Source of the DNA: an uncultured Thermoanaerobaculia bacterium
GTDB taxonomy: Bacteria; Acidobacteriota; Thermoanaerobaculia; Thermoanaerobaculales; Sulfomarinibacteraceae
DNA length: 39,490 nt
Assembly: GCA_964497785.1 (NCBI GenBank)
Contig: CAZCEX010000002.1
Span: forward strand, 1-39,490
Direction of reading: 5' to 3'
The position numbers and the translations under genes are program-made. Each line of letters begins with the position of its first letter. Within the stretch, counting starts at the first letter, position 1. Shown one piece after another: positions 1-7,986 of the stretch. The notes under the pieces are model-generated. The model had not been told where the DNA came from. It saw only the letters and a list, made by a program, of their open reading frames with translations, and did not search any database.

Positions 1-74
1 ATTTGAACGTCAGGTCTGGTCCCGAAACTGGTCGGATGGCCGCCGTTATTGATGTTATCGATCAGGGATCGAAT

Positions 75-1688
75 TTAGGGAACGAGGCGCAGCGGGGACT
101 TCTTGTAGCCCCAGTAGTTCCACGCGGTACCCTGGTCGTAGTTGCCGACGTAGTCATAGTTGATACCGAGCTTCGGCATCACGTTGACTGGGTTCGACAG
201 CTGCTGGTCGGAGAAGCAGTTGTAGTTCGCCATCAGAGCGGCGTCCTTGGCGGCAGAGTACTGACCGAAGGCCTGGATCTTCGTTCCCATCCAGGTCTGG
301 TACTGATCGGCTGCAAGGGTGCCTTCGATGTTCGAGTACGGCCAGATGAACAGCAACCAACCGAAGTCGTCGACGAGGTTGAAGTTGTTGACATTGACCT
401 CCTGCGTCTCGAGCGGCAGGATGTTCGGAGGAGTCTGCACACCAGGCTGCGACCACGGGATATCCTCGAAGATCACATTCTCGTGCTCGTCCCACGCGTA
501 GTAGGTGTAAGCAAGCTTGTTCTCGGCGCCGAGCCCAATTGGGTCGTGACCGATGTTGACCATACTGGTACCGTTGTACTCCTTGAGATCTTCCATCCAG
601 CGCTGCTGGGTTGCCTGCTTGAAGGCGCGGATCCAGGTGAAGGCATTGATGGCTTCGTTGTTCATGTAGCGCATGGCCCATGCAGTACCGAGCGGCTCAC
701 GGAAATCGGAGACGTCGACGTCAAGAGTCTGGCGGGCGTAGCGGTTGTAGAACGACGTCGGGCGACCGAGGTTGCCGTTATCCTGAACCTCGGTAACGAC
801 CATGGCGAGGTCGATGTCGGCCTCGAGGTGCACGGCGTTGGAGGTCTCGGAGTAGTTCTCGGCCTGGTTGAGCCAGATCACGTCACCGAGGAGAACGTTG
901 TCAAACGCGATTCCCAGGTTCGACCCAGGCGCGTTGTAGTAGTTCGCCGCATCGGGGAAGGTCTTGTTGCACTGGTAGACCACGTCGACGGTGATGTACA
1001 TCCAGGTGTCGTCGAAGAGACCGCGATGGCCCCACCACCACTGCTCGAGCGCGGCGTCGACGATCTCGTTTGCACAGGTCCTGTAGACACGGTCCACCGT
1101 CTGCGACTTCTTCAGCCAGTTCTCGAACAGAGCGAGAACCGATCCCGAAATCGGGTGGGTGTAGAGCTCGGGGTCACCCTCGACGCAGAGGCCGAGGTCT
1201 GCGAAGACACCATTCTCTTGCGGCGTGGGGAGATTGACGCCGGGCACCAAAGCGGTCGTGCAGTTGGTGTTCGACACCGGACCATCTGGCGACGGGATGT
1301 CGCCATGCCAGTCACCGTCCGCCCATGGCGGGTCGGTGACGCCGCCACGACGGTACTGATAGGTCACAGGCAGCCGGCCATCACGCAGAATGTCGCGGAT
1401 GTTGAGGGTCTGCACATCGTAACCAGTGAGCATGATGTTGAAGTCAAGGATGGGGTCCGAGTAATCGGTCCACAGGGTAACGTGGACGATCTGGGCCTCA
1501 GCCGAAACGTTTGTGATGGCGAACAGAGTGGTCTGGCCACTGTCTCCACCAAGATAATCATAAGCAACGAACGGGAACAGCAGCGTGGCGGCCGGCACTG
1601 GGTCAAAGGCGCAGATGTTGGCAAACGCCACGCCACTCACACCCAAGACCATCGCACCCGCCAGTGCCAAGGTTAGAAACTTCTTCAT
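75..1688 (-). CDS. Secreted protein of unknown function, Trp/Asn/Tyr-rich (537 aa)
   Basis: ORF 75..1748 trimmed to the ATG at 1688. The N-terminus MKKFLTLALAGAMVLGVSGVAFA is a typical Sec signal peptide. AAGGAG Shine-Dalgarno at 1695-1700 (minus strand), 6 nt upstream. The plus-strand ORF 3..1676 is a V/R/G-rich antisense shadow. No family motif recognised. Confidence 0.75.
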   Translation of the reverse strand: MKKFLTLALAGAMVLGVSGVAFANICAFDPVPAATLLFPFVAYDYLGGDSGQTTLFAITNVSAEAQIVHVTLWTDYSDPILDFNIMLTGYDVQTLNIRDILRDGRLPVTYQYRRGGVTDPPWADGDWHGDIPSPDGPVSNTNCTTALVPGVNLPTPQENGVFADLGLCVEGDPELYTHPISGSVLALFENWLKKSQTVDRVYRTCANEIVDAALEQWWWGHRGLFDDTWMYITVDVVYQCNKTFPDAANYYNAPGSNLGIAFDNVLLGDVIWLNQAENYSETSNAVHLEADIDLAMVVTEVQDNGNLGRPTSFYNRYARQTLDVDVSDFREPLGTAWAMRYMNNEAINAFTWIRAFKQATQQRWMEDLKEYNGTSMVNIGHDPIGLGAENKLAYTYYAWDEHENVIFEDIPWSQPGVQTPPNILPLETQEVNVNNFNLVDDFGWLLFIWPYSNIEGTLAADQYQTWMGTKIQAFGQYSAAKDAALMANYNCFSDQQLSNPVNVMPKLGINYDYVGNYDQGTAWNYWGYKKSPLRLVP

Positions 1689-1844
1689 TCTCAACTCCTT
1701 CCAAATATTCGCTTCGTCGGACTGTCGCCGGTTGAGCCGGCTCGACACAAGACGCTTTCTCGTGGTCCCCTCCGTTCCGCATCACCTCCCGGAAAGTATT
1801 TTAAATCAAAGAACTTGGCTTGAATTAATGTCATCACAGCATAA

Positions 1845-1874
1845 AAGGTAACATTCAAGCCGCGTGCTTGTCAA
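1845..1874 (-). promoter_or_regulatory. Putative sigma70-type promoter for the 75..1688 gene
   Basis: On the minus strand, TTGACA (1874-1869), an 18-nt spacer, then TACCTT (1850-1845), which keeps the T1/A2/T6 positions. It lies in the only AT-richer stretch of the 250-bp gap and implies a 5' leader of about 150 nt. Confidence 0.3.
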
Positions 1875-1938
1875 GTCTTTTCAGTCCAGAGATTCCGGTC
1901 TTCACGCCAGGGATTATCGCGCGAAACCACCGGCCACG

Positions 1939-3612
1939 TCAAGCCCTCGGTCTCGTCAGCCATACGCGGATCCCCCCGGGGGACTCCCCCTCGTCGGCCA
2001 TCGAGGCAAGGATGTCGCCATTGCCGTCGCCGTTGAGATCAACGATATGAATGTCGTAACACCGCGCGCCTGAGTTGAGGCCGGCGCCTTTGTTGAGATA
2101 GAACTCGCCCTCGGAGGCCTGCAGCCACACCTCGAGGCCACCCTTTTTTCGTGCCGCGACGATGTCCTCGAGACCGTCTCCGTCGAGGTCCCCTGCCGCC
2201 AACCGGAAGTACGGGTTGTTGCGGTTGTCATCGAACCAGATCACCTGCGACTCGACCTCGGTCCAGCTCTCATCGGTCGGGAGGTAGCGGACGAGACCGG
2301 TCCTGGCCTGCTTCCCCTCGCTGTTGAACTGGAACTGCTCGAATACGCCGTAAATGCGCTGGCCTTCGCCGGTCGCTACGGGCGTGGCGTCAAAGTGGTA
2401 ACCGTTGCCGAGCACTCGCTTGCTGTCCCAGGGCTTCCATCCCTCTTCGCCGCGATTGAAGAATACGAGGTTGCGGCGTCCGGTCGCGTTGGCCGCGACC
2501 ACGACGTCTTCGTATCCATCGCCGTCGAGGTCGGTGACATGAATCCGGTCGCCGATGTTGCGGGCACGGATCCCATTGGTGTCGAGCTTCCAGCCCTCGG
2601 CCTTATTCTTTACGATCCAGGTGGTCGAAATTCCTTCGATGCGGACGTTGGCCCCGAGGTCGACGTCCAGCTCCGCCTGAAATACAACGTCCTTGCGACC
2701 GTCCTTGTCGAAATCCCCGATCCCCACGGCGCGGGACGTCACCCGCGGGTCGGGCGCCGGGAGCTTCTCGAATCGCCGAAAAACCTTGTTGCCGGTGCCG
2801 TAGAGCACGTACTGGCCTTTGAAGTGGATCGCGATCACGATATCGAGATGGCCATCGTCGTCGAAGTCCGTAACCCGGACGCTACCGTAGTCAAAAGGCA
2901 CCTCCGAAGACCACTGGACCCCTTTCAGAAACCTGTAGCCGCCTTTGCCGTCACCTAAAAAGATCGCCGGGAAAGCGTAGGTCCCTTTACGAGTCGGCGG
3001 CGCGACGATATCGACGATTCCGTCGTCGTTCATGTCGACAAGATCGATGCTCATCTGCCACAGTTCCTCCTCCGGGAGTCCGGACCTCACGTTTTCAAAC
3101 TCGAGCGCATTGACGGTCGGCGGTGGCACGATCGTCATGTCGATGTCGACAAACTCCCCGTTCTCGGCCACCTCCGCCATCTCCCTTTCCGCGAGCATTT
3201 TGACCTGCTGGGCCTGGCGCTGCAGCCACATGTTGTGCATCTTTGATTCCGGATCTTCGGGCGGAATCCCCTTGAGCCAGACCGTGTCCCCCTCTTCCCT
3301 GACGATTTCCATCTTGAACCGTACCGCTGGGTGAGGGTATGCGTACCGGCCATCGAGGCGGACGATGGCGGCTTTCGGTACTGGCCTGGGAGTCATCCAG
3401 TCCTCGACCATGTCGGCCCAGTTCCTGATCTCGCGCCTCGGGATACCATCGTCCTCGGCCGTTGCAGCTGGCGCTTCTTCGCCGGTGTCCTCGGTCGGCT
3501 TCATCTCGAGGATGGCTCGCAGCTCAGGCGGCATGTCCTCCAACTCCTGGGCGACCGTTACGATCGCCCACATGAACCCGACCGCGAAAACGGCCACAAG
3601 AGTTTTTTTCAT
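1939..3612 (-). CDS. Secreted FG-GAP/VCBS repeat (integrin-alpha-like beta-propeller) protein (557 aa)
   Basis: ORF 1939..3729 trimmed to the ATG at 3612 (MKKTLVAVFAVGFMWAIVTVAQE signal peptide) with GGAGGG 4 nt upstream. Six Ca-binding-type repeats: DMNDDGIVDIV, DFDDDGHLDIV, DFDKDGRKDVV, DLDGDGYEDVV, DLDGDGLEDIV, DLNGDGNGDIL. Confidence 0.85.
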   Translation of the reverse strand: MKKTLVAVFAVGFMWAIVTVAQELEDMPPELRAILEMKPTEDTGEEAPAATAEDDGIPRREIRNWADMVEDWMTPRPVPKAAIVRLDGRYAYPHPAVRFKMEIVREEGDTVWLKGIPPEDPESKMHNMWLQRQAQQVKMLAEREMAEVAENGEFVDIDMTIVPPPTVNALEFENVRSGLPEEELWQMSIDLVDMNDDGIVDIVAPPTRKGTYAFPAIFLGDGKGGYRFLKGVQWSSEVPFDYGSVRVTDFDDDGHLDIVIAIHFKGQYVLYGTGNKVFRRFEKLPAPDPRVTSRAVGIGDFDKDGRKDVVFQAELDVDLGANVRIEGISTTWIVKNKAEGWKLDTNGIRARNIGDRIHVTDLDGDGYEDVVVAANATGRRNLVFFNRGEEGWKPWDSKRVLGNGYHFDATPVATGEGQRIYGVFEQFQFNSEGKQARTGLVRYLPTDESWTEVESQVIWFDDNRNNPYFRLAAGDLDGDGLEDIVAARKKGGLEVWLQASEGEFYLNKGAGLNSGARCYDIHIVDLNGDGNGDILASMADEGESPGGIRVWLTRPRA

Positions 3613-3890
3613 CGTTCCCTCCATCTTCGCATTCCTGGATCTGCGTCGCCGCAGCCACTCGGGGCGGGCGACGATACCACGGCGCGGGCTCGAACTATGC
3701 AAAGTCCGTTCCGTAGACCTGACCGCCACAACCTCTGGCGCTTGAACTCTTGCGGAAACGACGAATCCACAAAGACTCTACCGACCTCCGCCCCGGGCCC
3801 TTATATATATAATGGTCCCCCACACTCGACGGGGCTCCTTGCTTGCACGTTTTTCCGGCGCCAAGCAACCGAAAAAGGCCTTGCACAGCA

Positions 3891-3919
3891 TTGACGACAG
3901 GGACGTTGTGACATACAGT
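3891..3919 (+). promoter_or_regulatory. Putative sigma70 promoter of the HTH-TPR-secreted protein operon
   Basis: TTGACG (3891-3896), exactly 17 nt, then TACAGT (3914-3919). It lies about 55 nt upstream of the ATG at 3974. Confidence 0.4.
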
Positions 3920-3973
3920 GTTAAACGTGAAGTGCTCTACCGCCCAGCCCGTGGTGTCCCCAGGAGGTCTCGG

Positions 3974-4387
3974 ATGAGGTCAAAGACTCATCCAGAAGCT
4001 TCCGGACTGCCCGATGTTGGCGGGAGACTGCGCGTCATACGGCGTGAAGCGCGACTCACACAGGCAGAGTTGGCACGCCAAATAGGCATTCAACAATCGG
4101 ACCTCTCTCGGATGGAGAAGGGCGAATATCGGGTCTCTCTCGATAACCTCTTCAAGATCCTCGGCGTGTTCGGCGTCAAGATGTCCGAGTTCTTCGATGA
4201 AGCCCCTGCTCAAAGAGCCGCTGCCCGGCCACTGGAGCAGGAGGACATGCAGGTACTCCACCTGCTCCGCAAGCTGAGCCCGGAAGGGCGCGCCGAGGCG
4301 ATGGGCTTCCTGGAGTTCAAGGTTCGGCGCGAGCAAACCGACCAGCGCGCTCACCAGGCGCGACGTCGCGGGAGAGAGACCGGATGA
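3974..4387 (+). CDS. XRE/Cro-family helix-turn-helix transcriptional regulator (137 aa)
   Basis: ORF 3812..4387 trimmed to the ATG at 3974, with AGGAGG at 3962-3967. HTH_3-type motif LRVIRREARLTQAELARQIGIQQSDLSRMEKGEYRVSLDNLFKILGVFGV. Confidence 0.85.
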   Translation: MRSKTHPEASGLPDVGGRLRVIRREARLTQAELARQIGIQQSDLSRMEKGEYRVSLDNLFKILGVFGVKMSEFFDEAPAQRAAARPLEQEDMQVLHLLRKLSPEGRAEAMGFLEFKVRREQTDQRAHQARRRGRETG

Positions 4388-5292
4388 TCGAGGCACGCGT
4401 GCTTCAGTTGCTCGATGAGGCCCAAGGGGTCTTCGCCGCTGGCGATCTCGAGGGAGCGCTCGAACTCTTCGAGACAGCCGAGTCGGAGGCTCGAAACGAT
4501 GGCGCTGCCGATCTCGCCGACCGCGCCCTGTGCAACGCATCTTTCGTGCGCATCGAGATGGGCCAGGCAGAGGCCCAGATCCCTCGCCTTCGGCAGCTTT
4601 TCATGGCCACGTCCCATACTCGCAACCGTTGCTCCGCCGCCTATAACATCGCTGCCGCCTACATCAACCTGAACGAAATCGACAAGGCATTCGAGTGGGC
4701 CAAACGCTCTGGCGACCTCGCCGAACAGGTGGACGACCCTGCCGTCCGCGCCGGTTCGAACAACCAGGCCGCAACCCTGGCCCTCCGCCTGTCTCACTAC
4801 GAAGAAGCCGAAGAAGGCTTCCACCGCGCTCTTGGGGCCCTCGAGAACCAGACCGATGCCTATCAGCGTGCCAATCACGCGGCTGTTCTCGGCAACCTCG
4901 GTTACGTATTGATGTGCACCGATCGGCTTGCCGCGGGTCTCGGAATGTGCGAGCAGGCTCGTGCCTCTCTTGACGAGGCTGGGGCAGATCACATGGTCTA
5001 CGAGAATCTCCAAGACCTGTGTTACGGCTACATTCTCGATGACCAGCTCGAGCACGCCCAGGCCTGCGGAGAAAAGGCCCTGGACCTGGCGGAAGAGTAC
5101 GAAGATTTCCAGGTCATGAAGAACTGCCTGTTTCTCCTCGCCGAGATCGCCGTGCGCCGGGGCGACACCTTCCGTGCTCGCCGCTTCTTACGCGAATTGA
5201 CTCATTTTTATCCCGAGGTCGAAATGAATGAGGAAATCATCGATGTTTTCCTCGCCACCGATCTCACGAACGTCGTGAACCTGAGGGGGTGA
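4384..5292 (+). CDS. Tetratricopeptide-repeat (TPR) protein, translationally coupled to the HTH gene (302 aa)
   Basis: ATGA start/stop overlap with the HTH gene at 4384-4387. The protein is all-helical with Ala/Leu/Glu-rich ~34-residue periodicity typical of TPR, e.g. AAYNIAAAYINLNEIDKAFEWAKRS and AAVLGNLGYVLMCTDRLAAGLGMCEQA. Confidence 0.75.
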   Translation: MIEARVLQLLDEAQGVFAAGDLEGALELFETAESEARNDGAADLADRALCNASFVRIEMGQAEAQIPRLRQLFMATSHTRNRCSAAYNIAAAYINLNEIDKAFEWAKRSGDLAEQVDDPAVRAGSNNQAATLALRLSHYEEAEEGFHRALGALENQTDAYQRANHAAVLGNLGYVLMCTDRLAAGLGMCEQARASLDEAGADHMVYENLQDLCYGYILDDQLEHAQACGEKALDLAEEYEDFQVMKNCLFLLAEIAVRRGDTFRARRFLRELTHFYPEVEMNEEIIDVFLATDLTNVVNLRG

Positions 5293-6296
5293 TGATGCGC
5301 CGATTCCTCCTCGTCCTGCTCTTCCTCGTCGGCATGACCGCCAGCGCGACGGCCGGGGGCCAGATGACCCTGACTTCCGACGGCCACCTCTTCAAGGTGT
5401 GGTCCTCAGTGGACGGTCTGATCTTAAGCCACCTTGGTCCGAACGATTTTGCCGAAGAATCAGTCATCCCGCAGTCCGTGAGCGTGCCCCTTGAAACCGT
5501 CAAGGTCATCGTCGACGAGCTGACCATGACCGTGTATGTCGTCTGGTCCGACGAGCTTCACGGAGTTTCGAAGGTTCGTCTGGCGATCCATGCCGACGAA
5601 ACCTGGTTCGGCCCACTGACCATCGGCGGACTCGACGGAACCGGCGCCCGCAACCCCGAAGCACTGATCCATCGCGCGCACAGCGTCATCGACGATGGGA
5701 GCCCGGAACCCGAGGTGATCGAGACCACCTTCTTGCACCTCGTCTGGTGGCGCCACGACATCACCGACGGACTGGGACACGCCATTTACCTGGCACTCCC
5801 CCTCGAAGAAGATGGACTGCCAGATTTCAACGGTGTTCAGCCCATCGATCTCAAAGATCTGCTGCCCTTCGGCATTGGGTGCAACGAAGCGCCAGACGTC
5901 AACGGGCTCGCCTATCCGCAGTTCTTCATCGGTGCGGACGGCCTGCCGCTGCTCTTCACCACAGACTTCGGCAACTGCGTCTTCCACATTCTCGGCATCG
6001 ACTACGAGGTCGAAGAGTTCGAGATTCCCGGGACCGGCATCAAACGCCGTCGCCAGATCGCGGTCTTCCGCGCCGGTGGCGAGGTGATGGCGATCCCACC
6101 GGGGCTCATTCTCACTGACGCCAAGATGCTTTTGGGCCAGGATTTCACAGTTCTGATCTACTGGGACGTCGAAGGCGGAGTCGAGTGGGTGCTGTCGAAG
6201 ACCGAGAGCTGGAGCGATGTCAAGCGGCTGCCAATCGGCTCCGGGGTCAGCCACGAACAGGCTGTCGAACTCATCCGCGAACTCGTCAACAACTGA
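5292..6296 (+). CDS. Secreted protein of unknown function (about 334 aa)
   Basis: GTG/ATG/ATG start cluster at 5289-5297 overlapping the TPR stop codon (5290-5292), with GAGGGGG just upstream. Signal peptide MMRRFLLVLLFLVGMTASATAGG. No recognised domain. The exact start (5289, 5292 or 5295) is uncertain. Confidence 0.7.
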   Translation: MMRRFLLVLLFLVGMTASATAGGQMTLTSDGHLFKVWSSVDGLILSHLGPNDFAEESVIPQSVSVPLETVKVIVDELTMTVYVVWSDELHGVSKVRLAIHADETWFGPLTIGGLDGTGARNPEALIHRAHSVIDDGSPEPEVIETTFLHLVWWRHDITDGLGHAIYLALPLEEDGLPDFNGVQPIDLKDLLPFGIGCNEAPDVNGLAYPQFFIGADGLPLLFTTDFGNCVFHILGIDYEVEEFEIPGTGIKRRRQIAVFRAGGEVMAIPPGLILTDAKMLLGQDFTVLIYWDVEGGVEWVLSKTESWSDVKRLPIGSGVSHEQAVELIRELVNN

Positions 6297-6309
6297 GCCG
6301 TCAGATCAT

Positions 6310-7446
6310 TCAGCCGAGGACCTCAATCATCAGAGCTTCCAGGGTTTTGACATAGCCAGCCCACGTATACCGGCCGGCGGTGCGTCGCGCCCCGTCGGTC
6401 AGCGTTGCGAGTCGATCAGGATCGGCGAGTTCATGCAAAACGCGCGTGATCTCGTAATGGGAACCGGGTTCCACGAGCCTCCCGTTGACACCGTCCTCAA
6501 TGACTTCGCCGAGGCCACCGACTCGAGTGCTCAAGACCGGAATGCCACGGCCGAGAGCCCGCGGCGCCACGGCGGACTGAGTTCCGCTTCGATAAGGCAG
6601 GACCACGAGATCCGCAGCTGCCAACAGTCGCTCGAACTCAGGTTCGGGAAGCCAACCAAGGCGCAGATCCACACGATCCTGCAATGCCAAATCATCGACT
6701 CTTTCCTGCAACGCGCGTTCGATCCCACCCCAGGGTTCACCGGCGACGACGAGCTTCCACGGCGAGCTCGCCGGCAACCCGCCCATCGCCTCGAGCAGCA
6801 CATCCGCTCCTTTATAGGGACGTAAGAAGCCGAGAAACAGGGCGAGGCGCGTCCCCTCGGATACTGCCAATCTTTTCCGTGCCTCCCGGCGGTCCGGCGG
6901 TTGGTCCGCCGTCGATGGGGGCGGCAATGGATGAGCGGCCACTGGTATTCCCGGATACGCCAATTTCAGCTGCCGAGCGAGCACGTTCGCGTGGGTCATG
7001 AGCCCGTCGCAACGCCCCAAAACCAACCGTGCGGCCAGTCTTCGCACCAGCCCGCCTTCGTGATCTGCGGGATTGTGGACCACGGCGACAACCGGCGGCC
7101 GCCGCCGGCTTGCGAGCAGAAATCTCTCCCAAGCAGCCCACGCCCAGGTCCAGTAGGGCACGATCCAGAGGTCATCGGCACGTTCAAGCGCACGACGACG
7201 GGCTCGGGGCCAGGTCCAGGGTTCGAGGGGCGCGAAGTCGGCCGTGGTGTCTTCGAGACGGTGGCACGCGGTTGGGTCCCGATCCCGCCCTCCCGGGTAG
7301 AGCCACTCTGGATACTGGTGAGAAGGCACGACGAACCGGGCATGATGGCCCCTCACGCGCAGGCTCTCGACGAGCGAGGTCGTTGTTGACGCGATACCTC
7401 CCCGAAAGGGGTGTCCCGGGCCGAAGACAGAAAGCTGTACCGTCAC
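6310..7446 (-). CDS. Glycosyltransferase, GT4 / group 1 family (378 aa)
   Basis: GTG start at 7446, 12 nt after the coaD stop. The C-terminal half carries the GT-B group-1 signature region: SGTQSAVAPRALGRGIPVLSTRVGGLGEVIEDGVNGRLVEPG. Confidence 0.8.
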   Translation of the reverse strand: MTVQLSVFGPGHPFRGGIASTTTSLVESLRVRGHHARFVVPSHQYPEWLYPGGRDRDPTACHRLEDTTADFAPLEPWTWPRARRRALERADDLWIVPYWTWAWAAWERFLLASRRRPPVVAVVHNPADHEGGLVRRLAARLVLGRCDGLMTHANVLARQLKLAYPGIPVAAHPLPPPSTADQPPDRREARKRLAVSEGTRLALFLGFLRPYKGADVLLEAMGGLPASSPWKLVVAGEPWGGIERALQERVDDLALQDRVDLRLGWLPEPEFERLLAAADLVVLPYRSGTQSAVAPRALGRGIPVLSTRVGGLGEVIEDGVNGRLVEPGSHYEITRVLHELADPDRLATLTDGARRTAGRYTWAGYVKTLEALMIEVLG

Positions 7447-7458
7447 CGTTCCGCAGCC

Positions 7459-7986
7459 TCAGCGTGTCGGAGGGTGAGTCGACTCCCTGAAACGCTCCTC
7501 CAGCCGGACTCGCACCGGTTCCGGGACCAGCCCGGTCACATCCCCACCCAGGGCCACGACCTCCTTCACCACCCGCGAAGACAGGTAGGTGTACTCTTCG
7601 CGCGGCGTCAGGAATACGGTCTCCGAATCAGGGTGGAGGCGGCGGTTCATCTGCGCCATCATGAATTCGTACTCGAAATCCGAGACCGCACGCATTCCAC
7701 GAATTACGATCGAGGCCCCCACCTCCCGCAGGAAGTTGACCAGAAGGCCGCTGAAGGACATGATCTCGACAGTGGGATCGTCCGACCAGAGTTCGTTCAT
7801 CATCTCGAGCCGTTCTCCGGGCGAAAAAAGCACCCCTTTGGATGTGTTTTCGAGCACAGCCACGATGACCTTGGGGAAGATTCGCGTAGCCCGCTCGACA
7901 ATGGCCACGTGGCCGAGGTGAATCGGGTCGAATGACCCGGGGTAGACCGCGACCGGCGGGTGAGCTACGTGCACGGTGCCCATCAT
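7459..7986 (-). CDS. coaD: Phosphopantetheine adenylyltransferase (175 aa)
   Basis: VAVYPGSFDPIHLGHVAIVERA (the nucleotidyltransferase H-x-G-H motif), plus IVIRGMRAVSDFEYEFMMAQMNRRL and ISSRVVKEV-type motifs. ATGATG start overlaps the upstream stop (7983-7985). Confidence 0.95.
   Translation of the reverse strand: MMGTVHVAHPPVAVYPGSFDPIHLGHVAIVERATRIFPKVIVAVLENTSKGVLFSPGERLEMMNELWSDDPTVEIMSFSGLLVNFLREVGASIVIRGMRAVSDFEYEFMMAQMNRRLHPDSETVFLTPREEYTYLSSRVVKEVVALGGDVTGLVPEPVRVRLEERFRESTHPPTR

Noticed and set aside
3-1676. 557-aa plus-strand ORF covering the start of the window
   Set aside because: It is an exact antisense shadow of the 75..1688 gene. Its translation is V/R/G/D-rich low complexity with no signal peptide, SD or motifs. 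The minus-strand ORF has a signal peptide and a consensus SD. Long stop-free antisense frames are expected in GC-rich DNA.
13-3802. (TA)n tract TATATATATAAT (3802-3813) as a promoter for the XRE or FG-GAP genes
   Set aside because: It contains a perfect TATAAT, but no acceptable -35 lies 16-18 nt upstream on either strand. A better complete promoter for the plus-strand operon exists at 3891-3919. It may still be an UP-like or bending element, but that is unsupported.
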